Part shown: one piece after another, positions 26,482 to 39,000 of the stretch | Layout: the number at the start of each line of letters is the position of its first letter | How positions within the stretch are numbered: the stretch's first letter is position 1 | NCBI GenBank assembly: GCA_964623185.1 | Contig: CAZUTD010000001.1 | Coordinates: 1 to 47,986 of the forward strand | Length of the DNA: 47,986 nucleotides | From: an uncultured Clostridiaceae bacterium | Lineage (GTDB): Bacteria > Bacillota > Clostridia > Peptostreptococcales > Natronincolaceae | Reading direction: 5' to 3' | Made by a program: the position numbers and the translations under genes | Notes under the pieces: model-generated | The model's database searches: none | Told to the model about the DNA's origin: nothing | Seen by the model: only the letters and a program-made list of their open reading frames with translations

Positions 26482-29400
26482 TATTCTTCTGTTACCGCTT
26501 TCTTTTGTCCCCTCAACCTTGCCTTTAGCTTATATGAAAAATCATCAATAATTGTGTACACAACAGGAATTACAACTAGGGTTAAAAGGGTTGATAGAAT
26601 TAATCCCGAAATAACAACCGTAGCCATAGGGGCTTGCACTTCTGCTCCCTCACCTATTCCAATAGCCAGGGGTACTAAGCCCAAGATAGTAGTTAAGGTG
26701 GTCATGAGTATAGGCCTTAATCTAACAGGGCCAGCCCTTACTACAGCCTCATCCCTATCCATGCCAGATTTTCTTAGGTAGTTAATATAATCCACCAATA
26801 CAATCCCGTTGTTTACTACGATACCAGCCAAAATTATAACCCCTATCATTGATGGTACATTTATAGTTCTCCTAGTAATAAAGAGGCCGAAAAGTCCGCC
26901 TGAAAATGCTAAAGGTACTGATAAAATAATAGTAAACGGATGAACCAGAGATTCAAATTGTGCAGCCATAACCATGTAAATAAGAACTATTGCCAATAAA
27001 AGTGCCAAGAAAAGGTCGTAAATAGCATCATTTAATTCTTCATTTTGTCCGCCGAATTCATAAGAGTATCCTTGAGGCATATTATATGCCTTTAATGACT
27101 TATCTATATCATCCGCTATACCCCTTAAATCCCTGCCGGATATTTGACCTGAAACAGTTACAATCCTTTGCTGTCCTTCACGAATAATTTGGATAGGACC
27201 CCTTTCTACATGAATACTGGCAATTTCATTTAGAGGAATTGTCCCACCCACCATGGTTGGAATCCCAATTTGCTCCAAATTGGTTAGACTCTCGGTTACA
27301 GAGTCATCACCCCTGACGACAACATCTATTTCATTACCTTCATATTTATACCTTGTAGCCGTTACACCTGAAGCAACACTTCTTATGGTATTGGCAATCT
27401 GTGCCGTGGTTAACCCATAGCTTGCTGCCTGGTATTTATTAACAAGGACCTGAACCTCCGGAGTGGCTTCGCTAAAACTCGTGCCTACTTCCCTAGTCCC
27501 CTCTACTTTTTCAATTAATTCTTTGAAATCTGAAGCGATTTCCTCTAAGGTTTCGAGTTCATCTCCCCTGATACCTATGCTAATGGGGTCTCCCCCTAAT
27601 CCCATCATCATCATGGAGGATTCAACAACTGTAATTTCAGTACCAGGAATATCCCTAACAAGTTTTCTAATTTCATCAGAAATAGCCTTTGCATTTCTCT
27701 TTCTTTGTGATAAGGGTTTAAGACCTATATTTATATAGCCTTTACTACTTTCGCTACCACCCATCGACATCATTCCGCCAGACCCAATGGATGAAAATAC
27801 AATGTCTGCCTCCTCAATTCCAGAAATCTTTTCCTCTACCTCTAATATAATGTCATTGGTTTCATGTAGTTCAGAGCCCGCCGGCAATGAAACATTTACC
27901 GTTATCTGTCCCTCATCGGTTGACGGGAAAAACTCTGCACCTACGAAGAAGGCAGATACCATACTGCCCAAAAACACTAGTCCAGCTATAAGCAGAACTC
28001 TTTTTCTATAATTTAAACTCCAAGCTAAAATTTCTCTATATTTATTATCGATGCTGGTAAGTCCCTTATCAAAAGCATCATATATAAGATCAATTTTTCT
28101 TTTTTTCCTGTCCTCTTCCTGGTCACCTGTATAGCTTACTTTTAGGATTTTAGAAGATAACATGGGAATCAGTGTTATGGCCACTACCAAGGATGCAACC
28201 AGGGATAGGGTAACTGTCATTGCCAGTTCTTTAAAGATGGTAGAAACCATACCCCCAACAAAGACTATGGGTATAAAAACAGCAATTGTTGTAAGTGTAG
28301 ATGCTGTTACCGCCATGGACACTTCTGATGCCCCAAGAATTGCAGCCTCTATCCTAGGATGCCCCTCGGACCTTAAGCGATAAATATTTTCCAAAACAAC
28401 AATAGCATTGTCAACCAGCATACCCACTCCCAGCGCCAACCCACCCAAAGTCATTAGGTTCAAGGTTATATCACTGAAATACAATAAAATAAAAGTTGCT
28501 ATTATTGAGATTGGAATCGAAGTCCCAATAATTAAAGTAGTCCTGATATTCCTTAGGAACAAATATAAAATTCCAATCGCTAATAGGGCGCCAAAAATTG
28601 CATTTTTGAATACATTTTCAATTGCGTGGTTTATAAAAGTAGATTGATCAAAGACTGTCTCTATTTCAATATCTGGAAAATCACTTTTTAATTTGACTAT
28701 CTCCTTATTAACTAAATTTGCCACCTGTACTGTGTTAACGCCCGATTGTTTTTGTATGGAGATATTTATGCTTTCCTTATCATTAACCCTAAAAATACTG
28801 TTGATTTCCTTGGGCGCCATTTTCACCTCGGCAATATCCTTAAGTTGTATAATTCCACCCGTAGCCAATGGGATAGGCATTTCCTGTATTTCCTCTACGG
28901 ATTTAAATTCTCCCATTGTTCTGATAGCCAGTTCTTGGATACCCCTATCCACTGTTCCTCCTGGTAAGTTTAGGTTTGCGGCACCAATTAATTGAGATAA
29001 TTGATTGATATCAAGACCATGGTTTTCTAGTAAAGATTCATTTACCTTTATCTGGACCTGGTTGGTATATCCTCCGAATATATCGGCAGAGGCAACCCCT
29101 TCTATCCTCTCTAATCTTGACTGAATTGTGTCCTCAGCCAAGGTTTGCAGGGAAGCTAAATCTCCCCCATGTGTTAGGGATAACTGTATGATAGGGGTAG
29201 AGTTGGGGTCGATTTTCAAAACCATAGGTTCAGATGCATCTTCTGGTAGCATCCCCTTTATTAAATCAACTTTTTCTCTCATTTCCAAAGTTGCAAAATC
29301 CATATCTGTTCCAAAGTTAAATAAAGCAATAACAATAGAATTCCCCTGGGCCGATATGGAATTAATCGTGTCAATATTGCCAACAGTTGCTATAGCACCC

Positions 29401-29603
29401 TCTAGGGGGCGGGTTATAAGATTTTCCATCTCATAAGGTCCAACCCCTGAATAAGAGGTGCTTACGATAGCTACAGGCACTTCTATCTTTGGCAGTAAAT
29501 CCAGGGGTAATCGGGTCAAAGAAATCGTCCCCAAGAGCACAATGACTAGCATTAGCATTGCAATAGTTACGGGACGCTCAACTGCTAATTTTGATAAGTT
29601 CAT
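26481..29603 (-). CDS. RND efflux transporter, AcrB family (copy 2)
   Basis: Identical translation to 3650..6772. Confidence 0.9.
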   Translation of the reverse strand: MNLSKLAVERPVTIAMLMLVIVLLGTISLTRLPLDLLPKIEVPVAIVSTSYSGVGPYEMENLITRPLEGAIATVGNIDTINSISAQGNSIVIALFNFGTDMDFATLEMREKVDLIKGMLPEDASEPMVLKIDPNSTPIIQLSLTHGGDLASLQTLAEDTIQSRLERIEGVASADIFGGYTNQVQIKVNESLLENHGLDINQLSQLIGAANLNLPGGTVDRGIQELAIRTMGEFKSVEEIQEMPIPLATGGIIQLKDIAEVKMAPKEINSIFRVNDKESINISIQKQSGVNTVQVANLVNKEIVKLKSDFPDIEIETVFDQSTFINHAIENVFKNAIFGALLAIGILYLFLRNIRTTLIIGTSIPISIIATFILLYFSDITLNLMTLGGLALGVGMLVDNAIVVLENIYRLRSEGHPRIEAAILGASEVSMAVTASTLTTIAVFIPIVFVGGMVSTIFKELAMTVTLSLVASLVVAITLIPMLSSKILKVSYTGDQEEDRKKRKIDLIYDAFDKGLTSIDNKYREILAWSLNYRKRVLLIAGLVFLGSMVSAFFVGAEFFPSTDEGQITVNVSLPAGSELHETNDIILEVEEKISGIEEADIVFSSIGSGGMMSMGGSESSKGYINIGLKPLSQRKRNAKAISDEIRKLVRDIPGTEITVVESSMMMMGLGGDPISIGIRGDELETLEEIASDFKELIEKVEGTREVGTSFSEATPEVQVLVNKYQAASYGLTTAQIANTIRSVASGVTATRYKYEGNEIDVVVRGDDSVTESLTNLEQIGIPTMVGGTIPLNEIASIHVERGPIQIIREGQQRIVTVSGQISGRDLRGIADDIDKSLKAYNMPQGYSYEFGGQNEELNDAIYDLFLALLLAIVLIYMVMAAQFESLVHPFTIILSVPLAFSGGLFGLFITRRTINVPSMIGVIILAGIVVNNGIVLVDYINYLRKSGMDRDEAVVRAGPVRLRPILMTTLTTILGLVPLAIGIGEGAEVQAPMATVVISGLILSTLLTLVVIPVVYTIIDDFSYKLKARLRGQKKAVTEE

Positions 29604-29605
29604 TA

Positions 29606-30814
29606 TTATTCACCCCTTACTACTTTCACCTGTTGTCCATTGGTTATATAATGTTGTCCCTTGATAATTACAATATCCCCTTCCTTTAAACCCTTCTCAA
29701 CTTCAACATATAGACCAGTATCCAATCCTAGAACTATTTCTCTTTGGATTGCTTTATCATCTTCCACAATATAAACAAAGGTTTTCCCCTCATTTTCAAT
29801 AATGCTACCCCTCTGAACAGCCAATATACCCTCACGGCTTTCTATATCTAACTCAATACTCCCACTCATACCGGGTTTTATCCTATGTTCTTCATTGGGT
29901 AGATAGACTTTTATTAAATATAATTGGTTTCTTTGATCAGGTGTTGGACTAATGTAGTCAATATATCCCTCAATTTCACTTTGACCATAAGCCGCTTCAA
30001 TAGTTACCCTTACCTTTTGCCCCTTATACAGGCTATTTACAATCTTTTCGGAGATGTTTGCCTGTAGAAAAATCTCGTCCATATCGACAACCGTTGCCGC
30101 TGGCTGGGCATTAGAAACTAGTTCTCCTTCGATTACATTCAAATTATTGACTATCCCAGAGATTGGTGCCTTAACCATGGTGTTATCAAAATTGCTTTCC
30201 ACCTGTCCATAGCTGCTTTTTGCCTGTCTTAATTGATCCAAGGCCTGTTCATGGGCTATTTCAGCTTGTAAGACCTGCATTTCTACAGTTTCCAAAGGTT
30301 TTAATGATGCTGCTAATTCCGCCTGCTCCAACTGTGATTTTGATACTGCCCCTGCTTCATAAAGAGCTTGTGTTCTTTCCAAGTTTATTAATGCATTATC
30401 TATCTTTTCTTTTACCGAATCATATTGAATTTGGGCGGTTTTAACTCCATTTTCCGCTTGTTGAACAGCCTTTGCTGCTAAATCCAGACCCGCACCAGCC
30501 TGCTCAAGCGCCCTATTGACATCTTTTTGATCCACAATAAATAAGACATCATCTTTTTCAACTTCATCACCAAGTTTTACACTGATTTTTGAAACGCTAC
30601 CAGGTACCTGAGGAATAACCATAACTTCCTCATTTGCAAACACCTTACCATTTAAAGTAATAAGCTTGGCAATGTTATCCTTCTTCAGAGTCTTTATTTC
30701 CACCGGCACATAGTTTTCCTCTTGGTTTACCGTTTCCTGTGAATTTTGACTGCATCCAACTGTTAAAACAATTATAAATAGTAATAATAGTGCAAATACC
30801 TTTTTTCTACCCAT
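29606..30814 (-). CDS. RND efflux adaptor lipoprotein (copy 2)
   Basis: Identical translation to 6775..7983. Confidence 0.88.
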   Translation of the reverse strand: MGRKKVFALLLLFIIVLTVGCSQNSQETVNQEENYVPVEIKTLKKDNIAKLITLNGKVFANEEVMVIPQVPGSVSKISVKLGDEVEKDDVLFIVDQKDVNRALEQAGAGLDLAAKAVQQAENGVKTAQIQYDSVKEKIDNALINLERTQALYEAGAVSKSQLEQAELAASLKPLETVEMQVLQAEIAHEQALDQLRQAKSSYGQVESNFDNTMVKAPISGIVNNLNVIEGELVSNAQPAATVVDMDEIFLQANISEKIVNSLYKGQKVRVTIEAAYGQSEIEGYIDYISPTPDQRNQLYLIKVYLPNEEHRIKPGMSGSIELDIESREGILAVQRGSIIENEGKTFVYIVEDDKAIQREIVLGLDTGLYVEVEKGLKEGDIVIIKGQHYITNGQQVKVVRGE

Positions 30815-30860
30815 CCCTCTTCCTCCTAGAATTCACTTTTCAGGTCAAAAAATAAACTTC

Positions 30861-31331
30861 TTACTCCTGGCATAGGTCTACTAATTCTCCGCCCGTTATT
30901 TCCAAAAGTTCTTCTACAGTCACAGGTACCGCCGTATTAGCAGTACCGGCAGCAGCATAAACAAGATCAAACCTTTCCATGCTTTTGTCTATGAGAATTC
31001 TTATAGGATTCTTTAAGGCAAAGGGGCAAACCCCACCCGGATGAAATCCTGTAATTTCCATACATTCTTCAGGTTTTGCAAGTTTAGGCTTAGCCCCTAA
31101 TATCTTTTTTAAGGGTCCATTTTTTACCCTTACATCACCACTGGTAACTACCAGGGCTTTTTCCTCCTTAGCTATAAACAAAATTGATTTTGCGATTTGT
31201 CCTACGGTTACGCCCAACTGGTCTGCAGCCATTTGTGCAGTTTTAGTTGTTCCATCTTCAAATTCAATAACCTCTAATTCTATTGGTAAAGTTTCTAAAT
31301 AATCCTTTACCCTTGCTAATGTAGATTCCAT
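30861..31331 (-). CDS. ybaK: YbaK/ProX-family aminoacyl-tRNA deacylase (copy 2)
   Basis: Identical translation to 8030..8500. Confidence 0.75.
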   Translation of the reverse strand: MESTLARVKDYLETLPIELEVIEFEDGTTKTAQMAADQLGVTVGQIAKSILFIAKEEKALVVTSGDVRVKNGPLKKILGAKPKLAKPEECMEITGFHPGGVCPFALKNPIRILIDKSMERFDLVYAAAGTANTAVPVTVEELLEITGGELVDLCQE

Positions 31332-31501
31332 AACACTTACATCTCCTTCTGATATTACTTTTTATTGTGACCACTATATTTGAATAAGGACTTCACCTGT
31401 CAGTTAACATTCTTGGTGGGTAATTCCTACTTCCCCTGCAAATAAACACTTAACATGCAAAGAAGTCCCATTAAAATTGCGGACATAATATTTCTATGAC
31501 C

Positions 31502-31531
31502 ATATTATCATAGAATATGGCCCAATAGCAA
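31502..31531 (-). promoter_or_regulatory. Putative promoter with palindrome (copy 2 of 8671..8700)
   Basis: This intergenic region was compared base by base with copy 1 and is identical. Confidence 0.4.
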
Positions 31532-31556
31532 TATATCAGTTTTTATCAAAAGTATT

Positions 31557-31605
31557 AGATAAAAAATAACACCTTCTCGATACTTATATATCTTAAAAGT
31601 GTTAT
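31557..31605 (-). terminator. Putative terminator after the GAF-like gene (copy 2 of 8726..8774)
   Basis: Identical sequence to copy 1. Confidence 0.4.
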
Positions 31606-31633
31606 ATATTTACAATATCATATTATTATTATT

Positions 31634-33496
31634 CTAAAAATTGTAGTCTAGAACATCTTTTAGACTATTGATGCTAGGTATTTTCTTAAAGTCTAATAAA
31701 TCCAAATCATCATAACAAATGATAAAGAGATAATTGTCGATTAAATAATGTTCATATTTTTCATACATGGACAGGTCAACATCAGCAAAGGGATGGGTTT
31801 CTACAAGCCTGTAATAAATGTTGATATTAACATTGAATTTATCCTTTTCCTGTATTTTTTTATTAATTGATTCATAAAATAATTGCCTCTTATCAGGTAT
31901 GTACCTTTGCTTATGTTCTTCCAAAACATTCATATGGTAAATGGTCGGACTTATATTTTTTGTAATGGTATCTATTAGGAGTATTTCTTCTTCTTGTAAA
32001 TTGTTTGGAGTTTTTAGTACAAGTAAGTAGGCAAAGGGTGATTTCCACCCTTCTAAATTAAACTTTTCCGTAATAATTGGTGAAATTACTAATCCGGTGG
32101 AATCATAAAACAAATCAAGCAAATCTTTTTCTAGATAGTCCTGGTTGTTTTCTGCCGCAAAATTATAAATCATATCCCCGTCATAGGATTCTTCCCATTT
32201 TTCATTTATATTTAGTATTTCTCCAACCCCTATATCATCAATGCTATGTTTAATTCTATATTGTTTTTCATTCTCTTTAAAAGCTATAAAGGCCTTTTCA
32301 ATATCAAAGGATATATTCAAGGTCTTAAGCGTTATATCACATAACTCCTCAATTGATATACATTCATTTATATTTTCTACTAACTGATTAAAGCTGGTTA
32401 AAACATCATATTTTGCTTCTATAATTTGCTTCTGCCTCTGTGTTTCTTCAAATAAGATTGCATTTTCTAAGGCTATATATGTAAAGGAAGCCAATGACTC
32501 AATTAGTTCAAATATTGCAATATCGTAATCCTCCTGATTAACAGGTTCAGCCAAGGTTACTAACCCTAAAAGTTCGTCCTTTACGAGTAAAACAACATAT
32601 TGTGCTCCTAATGAATAAAACTCCTCCCAATTAACAAATAATTCTTTTATCAAATCAATATCCTCTTCCAGGCTTAACATTACCTTCCTATGTGAGAACT
32701 CCGCCTGGGGCCTAATTTCCAAATCTGCTAGATGGGTTGAAAAATCATCTATATTCCTGTAGCCCAAAATTCTTAATTTATTAGATACCTTATCTACAAT
32801 GCCAAAGGATGTAATTTTGCTACTTGTCATTTCACTAAAAATATCCACTGCCATACTTATCAAATTATCTAATTCTAATTCTGACAATAATGATCTGGCA
32901 CTTTGGTTTATAGCAAATAAATTAAATATTTTTTGATCCAATTGTTTGTTTCTAGTCTTTAAGTCTGTAAAGTTTCTGTTATTTTCAAGTGCATTATTAA
33001 ATAACCTCATCAAGCATACTGCCATAGTGTGGTCATCTTCATTAAAATCCCCCACGGCCTTCCCATCAGAGATAATAAAGCCAAACAATAAATCATCTAT
33101 AATTAATGGAATAACAAGGTTCATGTCAAATTTATCAAGGACTTCAATGGGAAAGTAATTTTCAAAGCGGTTTAATATTATACTCCCATGAAGTGTGGCA
33201 ATTTTTTGAATCTTAGTCTTGTTTTTTATACTATAATTTTGGATATTATATAATCTTTTACTTTTTAAAATAAATTCGTCGCCATCTATAATAAAAAGGG
33301 CTGATGCCTTTAGTGTTAAAATTTCGTTAGCAAATTCAAAAGCGTATTTGCTTAACTGCTCAGGAGTAAATCTTTGGGTGAAAAAATCTACTGCTTTGAT
33401 CAAAGCATCATACCTGTACATCCTATTTGTAACATACAATCCATCCAATATATTCTCTTCCCTTCTACGAAAAATGCAGTTCGTTGTCCATTGCAA
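31634..33496 (-). CDS. Hypothetical protein with tandem GAF-like modules (copy 2)
   Basis: Identical translation to 8803..10665. Confidence 0.5.
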   Translation of the reverse strand: MQWTTNCIFRRREENILDGLYVTNRMYRYDALIKAVDFFTQRFTPEQLSKYAFEFANEILTLKASALFIIDGDEFILKSKRLYNIQNYSIKNKTKIQKIATLHGSIILNRFENYFPIEVLDKFDMNLVIPLIIDDLLFGFIISDGKAVGDFNEDDHTMAVCLMRLFNNALENNRNFTDLKTRNKQLDQKIFNLFAINQSARSLLSELELDNLISMAVDIFSEMTSSKITSFGIVDKVSNKLRILGYRNIDDFSTHLADLEIRPQAEFSHRKVMLSLEEDIDLIKELFVNWEEFYSLGAQYVVLLVKDELLGLVTLAEPVNQEDYDIAIFELIESLASFTYIALENAILFEETQRQKQIIEAKYDVLTSFNQLVENINECISIEELCDITLKTLNISFDIEKAFIAFKENEKQYRIKHSIDDIGVGEILNINEKWEESYDGDMIYNFAAENNQDYLEKDLLDLFYDSTGLVISPIITEKFNLEGWKSPFAYLLVLKTPNNLQEEEILLIDTITKNISPTIYHMNVLEEHKQRYIPDKRQLFYESINKKIQEKDKFNVNINIYYRLVETHPFADVDLSMYEKYEHYLIDNYLFIICYDDLDLLDFKKIPSINSLKDVLDYNF

Positions 33497-35144
33497 AATA
33501 TGTTCCCTGTGTAACTTTACTAATCCTCTTCTGGATATTTTTTATTTCTAAAAAGGTTTGTGGATAGGCCTTTTTAAAAATATTGACCTCGCCCTCGCCT
33601 CTAGAACTCAAAACATCCATCAATGCCTTTCTTTTTTCCTCTAGGGTGGATATCTTTGCTAACAAATCATCATCAATTTTTTTATAGGCCTCATATTCCC
33701 GACCATGAACCTTTTTCTGATTCATTTTTAATTTATTTTCATAAATTTTCATCTGTCTGCGATTTTTTTCCAATTCAATTAAGTGCTCCTTATATTGTAA
33801 TAATAGTTCATCTAATTCCTTCTTTATTGCTGGTCTGTTAAAACCTTTGACATTAACAAAGGTCCTTCTTTCGGATACATTACCGATAGTGTAAACGCTT
33901 ACCTTTGACTGGGCATTAAGGCTGCCACCAATGATTTTTCCCTTGCTTGAATTCACAATTATACTTTGAGCATGTAAATCGGCATCCATGGCATAAAGCC
34001 CTATGTTAATATCCTGGCCTGCAATAACAGTACAATCATTAATATATTTTACAAAAACATTTTTCCCAGCCTTAACCATGGCTCTACCCTTACCAGAAAT
34101 CCCACCCTTGATATAAATATCTCCATGGGTAGATACTATTTCTTTAGCTGCCCCTATCCCTATATTCCCGTGTATAGAGATGTCTTTTTCCGCCTTAACA
34201 CTAAAACCATCACAAACAATTCCATTAATTGTTACATAACCATTGAAAGTTATATTTCCCGTATCATAGTCCACATCACCGTCGATAATAAGATGATTTA
34301 AAATTTTTATTTTTCCATTTTCAAAAGAAACTGCTCCGTCTATTAATGCCCTTAAAACTATTTGGCCATCCTCCATATTCTCGGAGATAGTATTGGAATC
34401 ATAGCGTAGTAATTGGTCTTTTCCAGGCTTAGGTGGCAAAATTTGATCTGTTACGGTTTTTCCTGCCTCCCCTGGTGTAGCAGGCCTTTTCTCCCCGACC
34501 CAATTACCCTTCTCAACCTGTTGAATCAAATTTAGTTCGTAGTAATCTACCTTTCCATCCTGCCTTACTACGGGTTTTCTATTGGATAAATCTATATATT
34601 TTATTTTTGCATTTTCACCATTTTTAGGCGGTATGCCCCGTGCAATGACTATATTCTCACGAGGTTTTAGGTCTCCCTTTATAACATCATAGCAGATACC
34701 ATTGGTAACACCATTTTCCTTAAGTGCCTGTATAAGCTCAACTTCCAACTTGTCTTTTGTAGCCTCAAATTCTGCATCGGTAACATTGATTCTTACTTGT
34801 GCTTCCATCTTATCTGCCGAAATAACAACCTCGATTTTGGGCCTTAATACCCCAATCTCTACAGGTTGAATCATTGTATCCCTTATTGCATCTCTTAGCA
34901 TAATAAAATTAGTAACTTTAATTCTTGGATATTTTTTTAAAATATCCCTATCAAATTTACTAATCTCATAACCGGGTTCATTAATAGATATTAGTACTTT
35001 TTCCCCACCTTGAATATAGAGAGTAAACTTGTCACAATCTAAAAACTCCTCAATACTTCCACCCTTGAGACTCAAATAACTCTCCCCCCTCATCAAAATT
35101 GGCCATAAGCCAGCAAAATAACCATTATATAATTTATATGTCAA
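33465..35144 (-). CDS. DUF342 / FapA-family protein (copy 2)
   Basis: Identical translation to 10634..12313. Confidence 0.65.
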   Translation of the reverse strand: MTYKLYNGYFAGLWPILMRGESYLSLKGGSIEEFLDCDKFTLYIQGGEKVLISINEPGYEISKFDRDILKKYPRIKVTNFIMLRDAIRDTMIQPVEIGVLRPKIEVVISADKMEAQVRINVTDAEFEATKDKLEVELIQALKENGVTNGICYDVIKGDLKPRENIVIARGIPPKNGENAKIKYIDLSNRKPVVRQDGKVDYYELNLIQQVEKGNWVGEKRPATPGEAGKTVTDQILPPKPGKDQLLRYDSNTISENMEDGQIVLRALIDGAVSFENGKIKILNHLIIDGDVDYDTGNITFNGYVTINGIVCDGFSVKAEKDISIHGNIGIGAAKEIVSTHGDIYIKGGISGKGRAMVKAGKNVFVKYINDCTVIAGQDINIGLYAMDADLHAQSIIVNSSKGKIIGGSLNAQSKVSVYTIGNVSERRTFVNVKGFNRPAIKKELDELLLQYKEHLIELEKNRRQMKIYENKLKMNQKKVHGREYEAYKKIDDDLLAKISTLEEKRKALMDVLSSRGEGEVNIFKKAYPQTFLEIKNIQKRISKVTQGTYFAMDNELHFS

Positions 35145-35359
35145 TATTTTGTAAATTGTTTAGTAACTTTACTATTCGACATTATATTTATTATCCCTTC
35201 ATATTTTTGGAATTTTCAATGTTATATTTCAAATTTTGTGTCCTTTTTTCGTATTTACTGCCCTTTTAAATAAACCCATTAATTGTAATGCCTTTCTTTG
35301 TTTTTTATTTGCACAAATTGTATTATAATGTAGATTAATGAGAGGTATTTTTATTATGG

Positions 35360-35956
35360 ATGGTGATAAGTATGGGATATAAATTACAAGAAATGAAAAA
35401 AATTATAACAAGTTTAGATAACAACCAGCCACAAGCCTTAAAAATCAAATTATTGCAGGACTTGATTGAATCTGCAACCGCCTATAAGAAACAACTAATA
35501 AACCTATCTAGCCCAGCACAAGTGCAAACAAATATAAATAGTTTGGATGTAAACCTTAGGAAGATTTCGGAAGAAAAGTTTTTATGTAAATCCGTCCAAG
35601 TTAAAAATTATTACGAAGGTGATTATTTAGAAAGATTTTCAGAAATAAGAACATCCGATTTAAAATCTTGCGACGCCTTTGAAGTACATAATAAATTTTG
35701 GCAGGCCCATGAGGTTTTTGGTGGCAATATCTTTGCATCTATTCCCCTTGCACTTATCGACCACCAACAATCCACCGCCTTACAAGGATTAAATTGGCTA
35801 CCTGTCCTAGTCGACATATACGAAATTACAAATGAATTTGATTCTAAAATTACCAGGGGCCAAATTATTAGCTCTGTTGCTAATATTTTTAACCACCATC
35901 TGCTGGTTAGGGAAGTTTATGGAGACCTTCTTATGTTATTGCATTACACCCAATAA
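35360..35956 (+). CDS. Hypothetical protein, 198 aa (copy 2)
   Basis: Identical translation to 12529..13125. Confidence 0.5.
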   Translation: MVISMGYKLQEMKKIITSLDNNQPQALKIKLLQDLIESATAYKKQLINLSSPAQVQTNINSLDVNLRKISEEKFLCKSVQVKNYYEGDYLERFSEIRTSDLKSCDAFEVHNKFWQAHEVFGGNIFASIPLALIDHQQSTALQGLNWLPVLVDIYEITNEFDSKITRGQIISSVANIFNHHLLVREVYGDLLMLLHYTQ

Positions 35957-35978
35957 AAATCCCGTTATTGCTTTTTCA

Positions 35979-36046
35979 AGGGGCAAATATATTGCCCCTC
36001 TATGTAATATCCCCCACCCAAATGGATGGAGGATATTTTAATTTTA
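35979..36046. terminator. Convergent-gene hairpins (copy 2 of 13148..13215)
   Basis: Identical sequence to copy 1, compared base by base. Confidence 0.45.
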
Positions 36047-36055
36047 TTATATTTT

Positions 36056-39000
36056 TTACATAATCACTTCTACCTTATGGTCTTTCTTATCGTCAATTAA
36101 GGGAATATATTTTCCCAATATAGGCTTATCATCCAAAATGATTTTCTTAACCATATTGTTTACTCCATCAGGATTTTTGACTGTAATATTATAAAGTGTA
36201 CTTAAATACCGGTAGCTTACCTTGTACTCCTTCCAATCTTTTGGTATGCATGGATCTATTATCAATTTATCGCCCTTTTTCTTTAGGCCCAGTATATCTT
36301 TAATCCCCACCCTATACATCCATCCAGATACACCAGTATACCAGCTCCATCCCCCTCTTCCTATATGGGGGTTTACCGCATAGACATCTGCTGCCATAAC
36401 ATAGGGTTCTAATTTATAGGTTGCACATTCAAGAGGCGTCCTACTATGGTTAATGGGATTTATCAAGTTAAACAATTCCCATGCCTTGTCTCCATCGCCC
36501 AACATTGAAAACGCCTTAATAACCCAGGTTGCTGCATGGGTATATTGTCCTCCATTTTCTCTAACCCCCGGAACATATCCTTTTATATAGCCCGGGTTTT
36601 GGTCACCCTTATCAAAAGGTGGTGTGAAAAGAAGGATTAGACCTTCATTTTTCTTAATCAAGTACTCTTCTACTGCCTGCATCGCCTTAATGCTTCTCTC
36701 CTTATTTCCTCCTTGGGAGATAATGGACCATGATTGGGCAAGCGAATCAATTTTACATTCAGTATTTGAGGCTGAACCCAAGGGAGAACCATCATCAAAG
36801 AAGGCCCGAATATACCATCCGCCATCCCAGGCATTTTTTTCAATAGCCTGGCCTATCCCTCTTGCATGGTTAACATACCGGTTTGCCCTATCCTCTTCCC
36901 CCATTTTCCTACATAATTTAGCAAAATCCATTAATATGGAATACATAAACCAGCCTAACCATACACTCTCACCCTTGCCCTTATTCCCAACCGTATTCAT
37001 ACCATCATTCCAATCCCCGGACCCCATTAGAGGTATTCCATGTTGGCCAAATTTTAAACCCCTTTCGATGGAACGGAGACAATGCTCATATACGGAAGCC
37101 TTTTCTTGGGAAATTCTAGGTATCCCATATCTTTCATCTTCATCTTCTCTTAAGGGCTCCTCTTCTAAAAATCCTACCTCTTCTTCTAAAATACTATAAT
37201 CCTCTGTAATTTCCAGGTATTCAACCACTGCATAGGGCAACCATAATAAGTCATCAGAAAATCGTGTTCGTATTCCCTTGTCTCCCGCACCGGGATGCCA
37301 CCAATGTTGAACATCCCCCTCCACAAATTGATGGGCACAATTTAATAGAATCTGTTCCCGTGTTATTTCAGGACTAGGGTATACCATATTCATTGCATCT
37401 TGTAATTGGTCCCTATAGCCGTAAGCCCCTCCCGATTGATAAAATGCCGACCTTGCCCATATCCGGCAACATATGCTCTGATAAATTAACCATTGGTTTA
37501 ACATTAAATTCATTGATAAATCAGGTGTCTCAACCTGGATAGTAGCAACTAATCCCAGCCAGTAATCCCTGATTTCATTTAGGGCATTTGTACAATTATC
37601 CATCTCCCTATAGTATGAAATCATTTTGTCCACTTGGTCAAAATTTTGCCCCTGGCCAAGTAAAAACACCAATTCCTTTTCTTCCTGGCCTTGAATTTCT
37701 AAGTTAACCTGCAAGGCTACGCAGGGGTCATACCCGGCCCCAAAGCTATTAGAAAATTTCTCCCTTTTAAGACCAGCCGGTTTTTCCATATTCCCTTGGA
37801 TACCAACAAATTCCCGTCTATCGCAGGTAAAAGAATGAATCTTTTCAGAAGTCGATACAAAGCCGATCCTACCCTTGAAGTCGGCATTATAGGGGTTACG
37901 AATTAAGATACCCCTGCCTTGCTTATCCAGGTCCGTCACAATATATTGCTGTGTTATTTCATCGCTTATTCCCATTACAGGCCTTATAAAATAAATCAAA
38001 CTTAAATTCCTTTTTTCCTTGCCGGGATTTTTTAGTTTTAATAAGTTTATCTTTATACTATCTTCCTTAGCTACATAAACTGTTAGTTGCTGGTCTATCC
38101 CATTACCCTTATGCAAAAACCTTGAATAACCTAAACCATGCCCTATTGTATAGGTGGCTTTACTCCTAATAGGTTGACCAGTTGGGGACCAGGTCTCGCC
38201 TGTGTCCTCGTCCCTGATATAAATGATTTCTCCGGAGGGGTCGCCCACATAATCATTTGACCAGGGTGTTAGCCTGTTTTCCCTACTATTTTCTGCCCAG
38301 GTAAAACTGGAACCCCTTTCCGAAATAATAAAACCGAATTCTTTATTCGCAACAACATTAATCCAGGGTGCCGGGGTAGAAATATCATCCTTTAATTGAA
38401 TAATATATTCCTTCCCATCTTTGCTAAATCCCCCGTAACCATTGTCATACTCAAGTTCTAAAACATCTTCCTTAATGCTATATTGTTTGCCAGCCTTGTC
38501 AAAAATTTTGTCCTCAAACAAATCTTCCTCTTTCATTTCAATTTGCTTGCTCAAAAATCCTTCCTCGGCCCTGACAACAAGCCTTGCAACCGTATATAAG
38601 AGATTTTTATCTTCTAATGGCATATTACTAACATTTTTAATAAAAATTCCACCCGGTTGATCCATAATATGTTTTCCCTGGCCTGATGAAACTACATCCT
38701 GTATCAGATGGTGTAAGGGTTGGAAATAATTGCTTGCATCCTCATTTAAAATAAGCAAATCTACGGACAAGCCCCTTAACCGCCAATATTCATGGGCTTT
38801 TATAAATTGTTTTACAACACCTATATCCTCAGTGTTCTTTATACTTATTAAGACTATTGGCAAATCTCCGGATATCCCATATGCCCAGAGACCTGATTGG
38901 GACTTATTATTTGCCTTTAGTATATCTTCATATTTCCTTCTTAGGGGGTTTAAATAAATTATCTGTGCAATCATGTCCTGATAAAGTTTTAATTCACTTG